Below, piece after piece: positions 19,112-28,574 of a stretch of 64,000 nt of DNA; positions within the stretch are counted from its first letter, which is position 1, and the number at the start of each line of letters is the position of its first letter. The notes under the pieces are model-generated. The model was not told the DNA's origin. It worked only from the letters and a program-made list of their open reading frames with translations, and did not search any database. The stretch is taken from contig CAWCXJ010000013.1 of NCBI GenBank assembly GCA_963799485.1, forward strand, positions 192,001 to 256,000, read 5' to 3'. This DNA is from an uncultured Trueperaceae bacterium (lineage in GTDB: Bacteria; Deinococcota; Deinococci; Deinococcales; Trueperaceae). The position numbers and the translations under genes are program-made.

Positions 19112-20043
19112 CGCAGGGCAATCAACCGACGCTCGCCGTTCTCACCTCGGGCGGTGACGCACCCGGCATGAACATGGCGGTTCACGCACTGACTGAACAC
19201 GCAGAACGCGCACACTGGCAGGTTTTAGGCGTTCGTGAAGGGTTGCAGGGGCTTTTACAGGCGGACTTTACGCCCCTCGAGACCCAAAGCACTGCAAAAT
19301 ACACCCGGTACGGTGGGACGTTTTTGGGTAGCTCAAGGCTCCCCGATTTCAGTAGCCTTGTACCCGAGTTTCAAAAGGTCTTAAAAACCCATAACATCAC
19401 GCACCTTGCTGTAATCGGCGGCAACGGCTCGTTTCGCGCCGCCGCGCTGCTGAGTGCGTTCTTACCTGTCGCCGCGCTTCCCGGCACCATCGACAACGAC
19501 GTAACAGGCACGGAACTGAGTATCGGCTTTGACACCGCGCTCAATACCGGCCTGACCCTGCTCGACGGGATGCGCGACTCGGCGGAGTCGTTGCCCAGAC
19601 TTTTTGCGCTCGAGACCCTCGGCGGCGACACCGGCTTTTTGGCGCAAGCTGTCGCCGAAGCGGGCGGGGCCGACCTGCTCCTCGTGCCTGAACAGGTACT
19701 CACCGAAGACGCCATTTACGCACAGTTACAGAGCGTTACGGCGGCGCGGCGGTACGCGCTCATCGTCGCCGCTGAGGGCTATCCCGACCTCAGCGGTGTG
19801 CTGGAACGAGCATCAGTAAGGCTTGCGACCCGCATCCGCGTCTCCCGCGCCGGACACGCGCAGCGGGGCGGGCGTCCTACTGCCAGCGACAGACTGTTGG
19901 CGAGCCGTCTGGCTACCGCTGCATTTGAACGCTTGCAAAAAGATCAAAGCGGCGCGGCGCTCTGGCAGCGCGGGCGGGCTGTAACCGCACCGTTCGAGCT
20001 TGACGCGCAGTCCAAAGCTTTTCCCGCACCGCGCCGAGCATGA
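19108..20043 (+). CDS. Divergent PfkA-family phosphosugar kinase
   Basis: TSGGDAPGMN, IGGNGS, PGTIDND, GFDTA and GHAQRGG. The canonical MGR motif reads LGG. Confidence 0.88.
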   Translation: MTQGNQPTLAVLTSGGDAPGMNMAVHALTEHAERAHWQVLGVREGLQGLLQADFTPLETQSTAKYTRYGGTFLGSSRLPDFSSLVPEFQKVLKTHNITHLAVIGGNGSFRAAALLSAFLPVAALPGTIDNDVTGTELSIGFDTALNTGLTLLDGMRDSAESLPRLFALETLGGDTGFLAQAVAEAGGADLLLVPEQVLTEDAIYAQLQSVTAARRYALIVAAEGYPDLSGVLERASVRLATRIRVSRAGHAQRGGRPTASDRLLASRLATAAFERLQKDQSGAALWQRGRAVTAPFELDAQSKAFPAPRRA

Positions 20044-20080
20044 ACCTTGAAGCGCCCGTAACTCGAGCCGCTAGCGCAGT

Positions 20081-20115
20081 TTTTTACGGCGCACGTCGAA
20101 TCCGCGCCGTAAAAA
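20081..20115. repeat. 12-bp intergenic inverted repeat
   Basis: TTTTTACGGCGC (20081-92) and GCGCCGTAAAAA (20104-15). Confidence 0.85.
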
Positions 20116-20140
20116 TGCCTCAACTGCTATTTTGGAACGG

Positions 20141-21046
20141 ATGAAAACCGGTACAAGCACCGTAGTCATCGACCTCGGCGGGACGAACTTGCGTCTCGGG
20201 CATATCGGCGCGAACGGCCCGCACCCTGCCGGACAGGTTTTGCCGACCGAGCGTTTACGGCAAGCCGAACCCGTCGGTTTTTTGGCGAGTACCGTAAAAC
20301 GTTATGCCCATGAAAACAACCTGACGTTAGCCGGGGTCGTCATCGGCGTTCCCTTTACCCCCGACCGTGAAATGAGTACGGCGGTCTCGAGCCCCAACAT
20401 CCGCAACTTGGAGGGTGCGCCGCTGAAAACCGGGCTGACGGAACAGCTCGGCTGTCCGGTCAGGCTCGAGCGCGACATCAACCTCCTGGCTCTGGGTGAA
20501 TGGGCGGCGGGCGCAGTTGAAAACGTTTCGTCGGTGTTCGGGATGTTTGTCGGAACGGGCGTCGGCGGGTGTTATCTGGAAGACGGTAAACCTTACCGGG
20601 GTTCGACGGGAGCGGCGCTCGAGCTGGGCCACATCCCGATTCGGGCTGAAGGTCGGGTTTGCGTTTGCGGCAACCTGGACTGTGTTGAAGCTTACGCGTG
20701 CGGGCACGTCTTAAACGAGCTTGCCCAAAAAGCGCTGCTTAACGTCGGTGAGATTTTCGACCGGGGCTTGTCGCGCCCCGATTTGAGGCCGGTACTGCAA
20801 ACATTTGTCGATGATCTGGCGCGGACGCTCGCAACCGGCGTCAACTTGTTTCACCCGGAAGTGGCTTTAGTTGGCGGCGGCGTTACCGAGATGAAAGGGT
20901 TTCCCAAAGCGCAGTTCGAGGGGACATTTTACGCACATTTACGGCGTCCGGTGCCGTTCGAGACGGTCCGGTTACGGTGGGCCGGGTTGGGCTCGAGGGC
21001 GTCGCTTTACGGCGCTCAGGTACTTTTAGGACGTGCCGGTGGCTAG
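20141..21046 (+). CDS. ROK sugar kinase, D-allose kinase (AlsK)-like
   Basis: DLGGT, ERDINL, ELGHIP and CxCGNxxC. The stretch NLFHPE..GGGV.EM..FP...LRRPVP resembles E. coli AlsK. Confidence 0.8.
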   Translation: MKTGTSTVVIDLGGTNLRLGHIGANGPHPAGQVLPTERLRQAEPVGFLASTVKRYAHENNLTLAGVVIGVPFTPDREMSTAVSSPNIRNLEGAPLKTGLTEQLGCPVRLERDINLLALGEWAAGAVENVSSVFGMFVGTGVGGCYLEDGKPYRGSTGAALELGHIPIRAEGRVCVCGNLDCVEAYACGHVLNELAQKALLNVGEIFDRGLSRPDLRPVLQTFVDDLARTLATGVNLFHPEVALVGGGVTEMKGFPKAQFEGTFYAHLRRPVPFETVRLRWAGLGSRASLYGAQVLLGRAGG

Positions 21047-21968
21047 CGGCGTTGTCGTCAGCGTCGGCGAACTGCTCGTCGAAATCATGCGTGAGGGCAC
21101 CGAGACGCCCCTCGCCACCTCCGGCACCTTTCGCGGCCCCTACGCGTCGGGTGCTCCGGCGATCTTCGCTTGGGCCGCCGCACGTCTGGGCGCAGCGGTT
21201 CGTTTTGCCGGGGTTTGCGGCGACGACCCTTTCGGGAGGCTCTGCCAGCGGCAGCTTCAGGACGCGGGCGTCGCGCTTCATGTTCGCGTCGCCCCGACCC
21301 ACGAGACGGGCGCGGCGTTCGTCAGCTACCGTAAAGGCGGCGACCGTGAGTTTTTATTCTATCTGCGGCATGCGGCGGCGGCGCAGCTCACCCCTGCCGA
21401 CGTCACGCCGGAACTCCTGGAGGGCGTCGGCTGGCTGCACGTGACGGGTTCGTCGCTGGGCGTGTCCGCAGGGATGCGTCGGGCAGTTTTTACGGCGGTT
21501 GAGCGGGCCAAAGCGCAGGGTGCGACGGTCAGTTTCGACCCGAACGTCCGCCCGGAACTCTTTCCCGGTCGGAGCCTCGCCGAGGTGTGCCGCCTTGTTT
21601 TAGAGGCTGCCGACGTGATTTTGCCGAGCCTCGCCGAAGCGGAGCAGCTTACAGGTATTGCCGACCCTGAGGAGGCTTGCCGCGCACTTTTGGCCCCTGC
21701 ACGCATCGTCCTTTTGAAACGAGGCGCCGAGGGCTGTACACTTTATGCAGATGAAAGGGCGCAGCACATCCCCGGTATCCCGGTCAGTGAAGTTGACCCG
21801 ACCGGGGCAGGCGACGCTTTCGCTGCGGGATTTGCGGTAGCGTCAATTAAAGGCGCGACGCCGCTCCGGGCTGCCCGTTTTGCCAACGCCGTCGGCGCAC
21901 TCTCGGTCACGGCCTTCGGCCCGACCTCCGCGCCGCTCTCCTCTGAGCGCGTAAAATCCCTTTTGTAA
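21033..21968 (+). CDS. PfkB-family sugar kinase (tagatose-kinase-like)
   Basis: GELLVEIM, GPYASGAPAIFA, FDPNVR and DPTGAGDAF. Confidence 0.88.
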   Translation: MPVASGVVVSVGELLVEIMREGTETPLATSGTFRGPYASGAPAIFAWAAARLGAAVRFAGVCGDDPFGRLCQRQLQDAGVALHVRVAPTHETGAAFVSYRKGGDREFLFYLRHAAAAQLTPADVTPELLEGVGWLHVTGSSLGVSAGMRRAVFTAVERAKAQGATVSFDPNVRPELFPGRSLAEVCRLVLEAADVILPSLAEAEQLTGIADPEEACRALLAPARIVLLKRGAEGCTLYADERAQHIPGIPVSEVDPTGAGDAFAAGFAVASIKGATPLRAARFANAVGALSVTAFGPTSAPLSSERVKSLL

Positions 21969-21982
21969 GGAAGGAATACCCC

Positions 21983-22987
21983 ATGCAGATGACGCAAACG
22001 AAGTTCGACAACCTTCAGGCGTGTGCCCGGCCCAGCGGCATTATCGCAGCGCTGGCGATGGATCAGCGCGGTTCGCTGAAAAAGGCGCTCGAGGCGAGCG
22101 GCAAAACCTTCAGCGACGCACAACTTGAAGAGTTCAAAACGGTCGTCACCGAGGTGCTGACCCCGCACGCTTCGGCAATTTTGCTCGACCCGCAGTACGG
22201 CTTGGCGGCGAGCCGCGCCCGCGCCGAAAACGCCGGGTTGCTCTTGGCCTACGAGCAGAGTGGCTACGACAACTCACAACCGGGGCGCTTGCCCGACCTT
22301 GCGCCGGGGTGGAGCGTGCGCCGCCTGCAAGAAGCCGGGGCGACGGGCGTCAAACTGCTCGTCTACTACAACCCCTTCGACGACGAGAAAATCAACCGTA
22401 TCAAGCACGCGTTTGTCGAACGGGTCGGGGCGGAATGTGAAGCGGTCGGGTTGCCGCTGTTTCTCGAGCCCGTCACCTACGACGACGCCTTGCCGGACGC
22501 CGCCGAGTTTGGGGCGAAACAACCCGGTTATGTCTGCGAGACCATCCGCGAGTTTTCACGAGACCGTTACGGCGTAGACGTGCTTAAAGTCGAGATGCCG
22601 GTGTCGGGCAAGTACGTCTCCGGGCTCAGCACACCGCCGCAACAGGCGCTCTTTAGCCGTGACGAAGCCGCGGAGCAGTTTCAAAAAGCCGCCGAGCTTG
22701 CCAAACGCCCCTTTATCTACCTGTCCGCCGGGGTCGATATGACGATCTTTGCCGAAATGTTAGAACTCGCCGGCGAACACGGGGTGCCCTACAGCGGCGT
22801 GTTGTGCGGGCGCGCAACGTGGAAGGGCGGGATTTCAGTCTATGCAGAAGAAGGCAAGGACGCTATGACCCGCTATTTGGAGGGAGACGGCGTTAAAAAT
22901 ATCAACATGCTTAACGAGGTTATTGAGCGCTACGCGAAGCCCTGGTTTGAGACCTACGGCGGGCTGGAGGGGCTCGAGCTTAGCTAA
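21983..22987 (+). CDS. lacD: Class I tagatose-1,6-bisphosphate aldolase
   Basis: ALAMDQRGSL, ILLDPQYG, AYEQSGYD, DVLKVE (Schiff-base Lys), YLSAGV and CGRATW. Confidence 0.92.
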   Translation: MQMTQTKFDNLQACARPSGIIAALAMDQRGSLKKALEASGKTFSDAQLEEFKTVVTEVLTPHASAILLDPQYGLAASRARAENAGLLLAYEQSGYDNSQPGRLPDLAPGWSVRRLQEAGATGVKLLVYYNPFDDEKINRIKHAFVERVGAECEAVGLPLFLEPVTYDDALPDAAEFGAKQPGYVCETIREFSRDRYGVDVLKVEMPVSGKYVSGLSTPPQQALFSRDEAAEQFQKAAELAKRPFIYLSAGVDMTIFAEMLELAGEHGVPYSGVLCGRATWKGGISVYAEEGKDAMTRYLEGDGVKNINMLNEVIERYAKPWFETYGGLEGLELS

Positions 22988-23207
22988 ACGTAAAACATCA
23001 GCGGGTTTTGGCTGGCATTTTCGTAAGAGACGGTTATAGTCACCATCCTAGAACGTACGTGCTAGTCGGCAAAACTCAAACCGAGAGCGTTGCCGACCAG
23101 AAGATACCCGCCAAGCGTTGACAAACAGACACATCTCAGACCACACGGTTCGGGATGTGTCTGCTTATTCGGCGCTCACTCGCCGTAAAAAATCCAGCGC
23201 TACCCTG

Positions 23208-23729
23208 CTACTCCGCGACCCGCTGAACGTTGGGGTCGGTGAACTCGTCATATTCGTCGTGGCTGGGGCTCGAGAACTCCGACACGACGGCCCCTTCGTC
23301 ACCTCCCTGAAACCAGTGCCAGGTGTTCGGCGCAATCGTGTACTGCTCGCCGGGGCCGAGTTCGACTTCGTAAAAGACCGTGTAGTATTCGGCGCTTTTT
23401 TTGGGCACCTCGGCCTGAACCGGGCTCGGCTCACCCTCGACGTAAAGCCAAACTTTCCCCCAGCGGCAGCGAAACGTCTCCATCTTGCCCTCGCCGTATT
23501 CGGTCGGCGGGTGACGGTGCTGCGGGCACGTTTGGCGCGGCAACAAAACGAGTTCTTTGGCGCAGTAGCGCTCGTTGTTGACGTACACGACGAGAAACAA
23601 CCCCTGCGTTTCAAAATCGTTCAGGCCGAGTTCGGCGACTTCCATGTTTTCCAGCTCGGCGGGTTGCAGCACCGTTCCGGAGCGCTCGAGTAGCGCGGCG
23701 GCTCGTTGACGAACAGTATCTAGATTCAT
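23208..23729 (-). CDS. D-lyxose/D-mannose ketol-isomerase (cupin, YdaE-like)
   Basis: YCAKEL, QTCPQHRHP, GKMETFRCR, PNTWHWFQ, VSEFS and FTDP. Confidence 0.9.
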   Translation of the reverse strand: MNLDTVRQRAAALLERSGTVLQPAELENMEVAELGLNDFETQGLFLVVYVNNERYCAKELVLLPRQTCPQHRHPPTEYGEGKMETFRCRWGKVWLYVEGEPSPVQAEVPKKSAEYYTVFYEVELGPGEQYTIAPNTWHWFQGGDEGAVVSEFSSPSHDEYDEFTDPNVQRVAE

Positions 23730-23959
23730 ATTGCGCTCCTATGCCTTGTACCGCACGGCCGAGAAAGAGACTTTAAGCTTGCTTGTAAAACTAAACTCCG
23801 GCGGAGCCTCGCGGCCTTGTTTCGAACGTCCGTATTCTAGCAGACTCGCGCCGCATAGATGCCGGTGCTCGGGGTGACCGTAGCGCTGCTGCAACTGCGG
23901 GCTGAACAAAAAGTAACCATGAGGGGTTTTGTAAGCAGTCGGCGTCATGCTACATTTTC

Positions 23960-23989
23960 TTGACTTCGTTTTACGGCTTTTAGTATGCT
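23960..23989 (+). promoter_or_regulatory. Putative promoter of tRNA-Val
   Basis: TTGACT, 18 nt, TATGCT, ending 14 nt before the tRNA. Confidence 0.5.
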
Positions 23990-24003
23990 GAAGCACTTTG
24001 CCC

Positions 24004-24078
24004 GGGCGGTTAGCTCAGCGGGAGAGCACTCGCTTCACACGCGAGGGGTCGTAGGTTCAATCCCTATACCGCCCACCA
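24004..24078 (+). tRNA. tRNA-Val (CAC)
   Basis: Acceptor GGGCGGT/ACCGCCC + ACCA; anticodon arm CTCGC-TTCACAC-GCGAG; GGTTCAATCC T-loop. Confidence 0.97.
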
Positions 24079-24169
24079 CGTCACAGACACAAGAAACGCA
24101 CCTTACTCTGAAGGCACGTTTCCCTTTTTACCGCAGAAATACCGCAGGAGATTTTTAGTCCTACAGCTA

Positions 24170-25309
24170 ATACCAAACTGAAATAGCAATGTCACAGATG
24201 TAGCTGAGAAACGCCGAAGTGCCATCAGGGGAAGTTAGTCAGAAGCTCCAAACGTTCTTTAGCTTGGTGAACAGCTCGAGGACTCGGGACAGAGCATCAT
24301 GCAAAGCAGCGATTGGCTAACGCGCGGCGGAATTCCTGGAACCAGCGTTCGACCGGGTCAAGTTCAGGGCTGTAAGGAGGTAAGGCGATGAAGAGGACAT
24401 TTTCAGGAACATCAAGGTCTTCTTTGCGGTGCGCGGGGGCGTTGTCCTTGATCAGGAGAATCAGCTCGTCGGGATAGCTCTGAGCAAGTTCAGCAAAGAA
24501 GATCTCATAGCAGTCACCACCGAGCCTGGGCAAGTAAAGACTACAACTTTCGCCGGTCATCGGTTCGACTGCCGTATTGAACCACGTCCATTCATACTTA
24601 CGCGGCACTACACAAGGGGGTCTTATCCCGCTCGGGCAGTAGCGCTTTTTATACCAGTTGATTAAGCCGAAGCGGGCTTCATCCACCGCAAAAACGCGGA
24701 TGCGCTCACAGGACTGAACTTCGTCGGGGAGGGTAGCCCTTAGCCGCTCAGCAAGGTTTTTTTGAACTCGGCTTGCGCTGCCACATCCGCTTTCTTGTGG
24801 CAAGGTCTACCTGTTTTTGCTTTGAGCTTGTGGCGCTTAAACAGCTTTAAGACGCTGCTGTCATCTTTGTAATTCACTCCGTACTCGGCGACCAGCTTTC
24901 TCGCTTGAGGATAAGTCGCAAGCTCGCCACGTAGCAGCGCCTGTTCAAGTTCATCCCAAGCCTTCAAAGTCATCCGCTCGGAGAACTAGGCCCAACGGGC
25001 CGGGCTTTGCCCGCTCTAGCGCACCCGGCGGCTTATTCGTGGAGGCAAGCATCGCCGTTATATCCCGCTTGTAATACGCGCCGAGCCACCGCTGGCAGTG
25101 ACGCCGACTATAGTGGATCATCTGCGCGGCAGCTTCGGCGCTACTTGCCTCCTTTGGCTTTAGCAGTCGCAGCGGTTGCAGGCGTGTCCCTGCCACGCTG
25201 TTGCGGTGCTTCGCTGCTAATGCTTTTAGCTCTCCTTCACTCTCTTTGATCAGCTTTTCGTAGTTTTGTCGCATCTAACTATTGTGCCATGGCTTATTCA
25301 GTTTGGTAT
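24170..25309 (-). mobile_element. IS630-family insertion sequence, decayed
   Basis: Terminal inverted repeats ATACCAAACTGAA extend imperfectly to about 27 bp. TA is duplicated at 24168-69 and 25310-11, and the empty site reconstructs to GCTAGC. Confidence 0.92.
24297..25274 (-). pseudogene. IS630 DDE transposase pseudogene in three frames
   Basis: HTH part, then DEARFG, KDNAPAH and YSPELDPVE (DDE). An A7 slippery run lies near 24757-63. A 37-bp insertion shifts the frame near 24980, and there is a premature stop at 24297. Confidence 0.9.
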
Positions 25310-25384
25310 TAGCCTGGTTCATAAACAGAACGGTGAGGAGAACATCTCTTTAGAGTAGGTTCCGGCTTCCAGTCTAGCTCTTCA

Positions 25385-25409
25385 AACCACCGACTCGAAG
25401 TCGGTGGTT
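25385..25409. repeat. Perfect 11-bp hairpin
   Basis: AACCACCGACT-CGA-AGTCGGTGGTT. Confidence 0.85.
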
Positions 25410-25458
25410 AAGTTACCCCGCGCGAGCCGCCATACCGTAAACTCGCCGAAGACAGTTC

Positions 25459-25503
25459 TTGACCCCCTCTAGTGACCGTGCTAAGGTACCGGAAACGTTT
25501 TCG
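25459..25503 (+). promoter_or_regulatory. Promoter with a LacI-type operator for the GH130 operon
   Basis: TTGACC (25459-64), 17 nt, TGc-TAAGGT extended -10 (25482-87). The near-palindrome CGGAAACGTTTTCG (25490-503) has the central CG typical of LacI sites. Confidence 0.65.
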
Positions 25504-25605
25504 ATATCTCAGTGACGGTCATTTTAGTCGGTCGGCTGTCGCTTAAAGGGGGTAACGGGTAGCTGCCTGTCGGTTTTTCGTCTTTCATTTTACAAGGAGG
25601 GCTAA

Positions 25606-26874
25606 ATGAAACGTATCGGTTTACTGGTGGCGTGCTTTCTTGTAGGTTCGTCAGGTGCGGCCCAAGAAGTGACCTTTTGGTCTGCGCCCAACCCGAGCCA
25701 AACGCAGTTTTGGGAAGAGATGGCGCAGGCATATAAAGAGGTCAAGCCGGACGTAACGGTAACCGTTACGCCGATTCCCGAAACGCCGTCGTCCGAAGCG
25801 GCGATTTTGGCCTCGCTCGCCGGGGGCAACAGCCCGACGGTTGCCGAAAACATCTTTATCGGCTTCGGCGCACAGCTCTATAACGCTGAAGCTATCGTAC
25901 CGCTCAATACGCTGCCCGGTTGGGACGCGCTGCTCGCCGCGCGCAATATGACCACAGCGGTTCAGACCTGGGCGTTTCCCGACGAGAACTACTACATCTT
26001 GCCGATCTACACCAACGCCATGCTCTTCGGCTGGCGCAGCGACATCTTGCAAACGGCTGGTATTGAGTCGCCGCCGACCTCTTACAGCGGTATTCTAGAC
26101 GCCTGCGCGACGCTTAAAGAGGCCGACCCGAACAAGTTCTTGCTGGCTCGCGCCGACCTCGTAACGAACGTCTGGTGGCAGCGCTGGTTCGACTTTTTTA
26201 CCCTTTACGACGCGGCCTCGGGCGGCAAACCGTTTATCACCGGCACTGAAATCACCGCCGACGACGCGGCTGCCGTTGCCGTCTTCGACTTTTACCAAAA
26301 ACTCAACGAGGCCGGGTGCGTTTTAACGCGCGAGGTGCAAACACCTTTTGAAGTCGGCAACAGCGTCTGGAGTGAGCTGGGGCCGTGGACGTTCTCGAGC
26401 TGGCGCGAAACCTTTCCCGACCTGAGTTTAGGTGAAGAGTTTGTGCTGACGAATCCACCTGTTCCCGATGGTGCCGCCGAGGGGCCGGTTTACACCTTCG
26501 CCGACGCCAAAGGCTTGGTGCTGTTTGCCGGAGCCCCGGAAGACGCCCGCACCGCCGCTTGGGAATTCGTCAAGTGGGTGTTTTCCGACCCCGAACACGA
26601 CCTCACCTGGTTTCAAACGACCAATCTGCCGCCGACCAGGGACGACCTCGGCAGCAACGAGGTCTTTACGAGCTTTCTAGACGAGAACCCGGCGCTAGTT
26701 CAGTACGCCGAGGCCATTCCCTACGCCGTGCCACCGATCGTCAACCAAAACTATTCCGACATTCAGACCGCGCTTTCAGAAGCCGGACTGATTCCCGCCG
26801 TGCAGGGCGACAAAACCCCTGAACAGGCGTGGGAGGACGCGAAAGCTGCGATGCAAGCCCTTTTGGGTAACTAG
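25606..26874 (+). CDS. CUT1 carbohydrate ABC substrate-binding protein
   Basis: Signal peptide, AAGGAGG RBS, YYILPIY and AAWEFVKW (family 1 SBP). Confidence 0.9.
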   Translation: MKRIGLLVACFLVGSSGAAQEVTFWSAPNPSQTQFWEEMAQAYKEVKPDVTVTVTPIPETPSSEAAILASLAGGNSPTVAENIFIGFGAQLYNAEAIVPLNTLPGWDALLAARNMTTAVQTWAFPDENYYILPIYTNAMLFGWRSDILQTAGIESPPTSYSGILDACATLKEADPNKFLLARADLVTNVWWQRWFDFFTLYDAASGGKPFITGTEITADDAAAVAVFDFYQKLNEAGCVLTREVQTPFEVGNSVWSELGPWTFSSWRETFPDLSLGEEFVLTNPPVPDGAAEGPVYTFADAKGLVLFAGAPEDARTAAWEFVKWVFSDPEHDLTWFQTTNLPPTRDDLGSNEVFTSFLDENPALVQYAEAIPYAVPPIVNQNYSDIQTALSEAGLIPAVQGDKTPEQAWEDAKAAMQALLGN

Positions 26875-26878
26875 TAAG

Positions 26879-27757
26879 GTGCAGCGGTACTTCTCGCGGT
26901 GGGGGTGGCTTCTGGCCTCCCCCTATCTGCTCTTTACCTTCGTTTTTTTCCTGATTCCGCTCTTGTGGGGGGTGTGGCTCTCCGCACAGTCGTGGGATTT
27001 GATCTCGCCGCAAAGCGATTTTGTCGGGTTGCAAAACTTTACCGCTGCGCTGCAAAGTGAACGTGTCCGGGCGGCGGCCTTGACCCCGTTTAAGTTTATG
27101 GCGATCTTTATCCCTGTGACGCTCGCCTCGGCGCTGGTGATTGCCATGGTAATCAACGCGGTCAAACGGTTTCAGGGTGCGCTCGCCATTGCCTTCTTTT
27201 TGCCGTACCTGGCGTCGGGGGTCGCGGCGGCGCTCGTGGTGCGCGGCGTACTCGACTACTTCGGTCCCTTCAGTTCGTTTCTGCGCAATTCTTTTGGTAC
27301 CGACCCCGACTGGCTCGGCAATCCGGTCTTGGCAGTCGTCGTCATCAGCCTGATGATGGCGTGGAAGTTTTCCGGGTACGACGCGCTCATCTTTTTAGCC
27401 GGACTGCAGAGCATCCCCGCCGAACTCTACGAGGCCGCAAATTTAGACGGGGCCAACGGCTGGACGAAGTTCTGGCAGATTACCTTTCCGATGCTCTATC
27501 CGTCTTTGTACACGGTCATCATCTTGTCGGTCGGGGCGATGTTTTCGGTGTTTACCGAGCCTTTTATCCTGACCAACGGCGGGCCGGAGCTGGCGACGCA
27601 GACGTGGACTTTGGAGATTTACTACCAGCTCTTTACCAGCTTGAACGCCGGGTACGCCTCGGCGGTGGCGCTACTTAACGCGCTCAGCGTGTTCGCCGCC
27701 GTGTTTATTGTGCGGCGCGTGATGGAATGGTGGGGGGGACGAAATGGCTGGAGCTAA
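26879..27757 (+). CDS. CUT1 ABC permease (MalF-like)
   Basis: FVGLQNF and LAGLQSIPAELYEAANLDGA EAA motif. Confidence 0.93.
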   Translation: MQRYFSRWGWLLASPYLLFTFVFFLIPLLWGVWLSAQSWDLISPQSDFVGLQNFTAALQSERVRAAALTPFKFMAIFIPVTLASALVIAMVINAVKRFQGALAIAFFLPYLASGVAAALVVRGVLDYFGPFSSFLRNSFGTDPDWLGNPVLAVVVISLMMAWKFSGYDALIFLAGLQSIPAELYEAANLDGANGWTKFWQITFPMLYPSLYTVIILSVGAMFSVFTEPFILTNGGPELATQTWTLEIYYQLFTSLNAGYASAVALLNALSVFAAVFIVRRVMEWWGGRNGWS

Positions 27758-28574
27758 ACCGAACCCGCTGGTACGCATTCTGGGCGCGCTCGTCCTCATT
27801 ATCGGGGTAACGGCGGCGGTCTCGCCGTTTCTTTACCTCATCGTGCAGTCGCTGGCTCCGTGGGATCAGGTCGATAAACGGGTCATCCCTAGCAACCTCA
27901 CCTTGCGTTCGTACAACTGGCTCTTTTTCGAGGCGGGGGCCAGGGACCCGTGGTTACAGGCGCTTGTCAACAGCTTTATCGTCACCGTAACCAGTGTCTT
28001 GCTGATGGTCGCGTCGGCGGGGCTGGTCGGTTATGCGCTCTCGCTGATTCCGTTCCGGGGCCGAGGCGTGATCAACAACGTCATTTTGTTTCACATGTTT
28101 TTTCCCGCGATCATCCTGCTCGTCCCAACCTTTTTAATCGTCCGCTACGCGGGGCTTTACAACACCTACGCCGGGATGATCATCCCGACGGCGATGAGCG
28201 TGTGGGCGATATTCATGTACACCTCGTTTTTCAAGGGCGTGAGCAGCGAGATGATCGAGGCGGCGCGCATCGACGGCGCGTCGGAGCTGGCGGTGGTGTT
28301 TCGTATTATCGTGCCGGTGTCGTTGCCGATTACAGCGGTGATCACCTTGTTTCTCTTTATGGACCGGTGGGGTCAGCTGCTATGGGATTTGATGGTGGTC
28401 AGCGACCGCTCGAAGATGACGCTTTCGGTGCTTTTGGCGTCGCTGTCGGGGTCGTATGCGCCGTATCCGGGGCCGATCTACGCGGCGAGTACGCTCCTGA
28501 CGTTGCCGGTTTTGATCGTCTTCTGGTTTTTTCGCAAGCAGTTTACGGCGGGGATTTCGTTTGTCTTTAAGTAG
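27744..28574 (+). CDS. CUT1 ABC permease (MalG-like)
   Basis: NSFIV, FRGR and EMIEAARIDGAS. Confidence 0.93.
   Translation: MAGAKPNPLVRILGALVLIIGVTAAVSPFLYLIVQSLAPWDQVDKRVIPSNLTLRSYNWLFFEAGARDPWLQALVNSFIVTVTSVLLMVASAGLVGYALSLIPFRGRGVINNVILFHMFFPAIILLVPTFLIVRYAGLYNTYAGMIIPTAMSVWAIFMYTSFFKGVSSEMIEAARIDGASELAVVFRIIVPVSLPITAVITLFLFMDRWGQLLWDLMVVSDRSKMTLSVLLASLSGSYAPYPGPIYAASTLLTLPVLIVFWFFRKQFTAGISFVFK

Noticed and set aside
23739..23996. 85-aa minus-strand ORF
   Set aside because: It overlaps the tRNA promoter and has no RBS or motif support.
24170..25309. Active IS630 relying only on a programmed frameshift
   Set aside because: Besides the A7 site, there is a 37-bp insertion and a frameshifted, prematurely stopped C-terminus.
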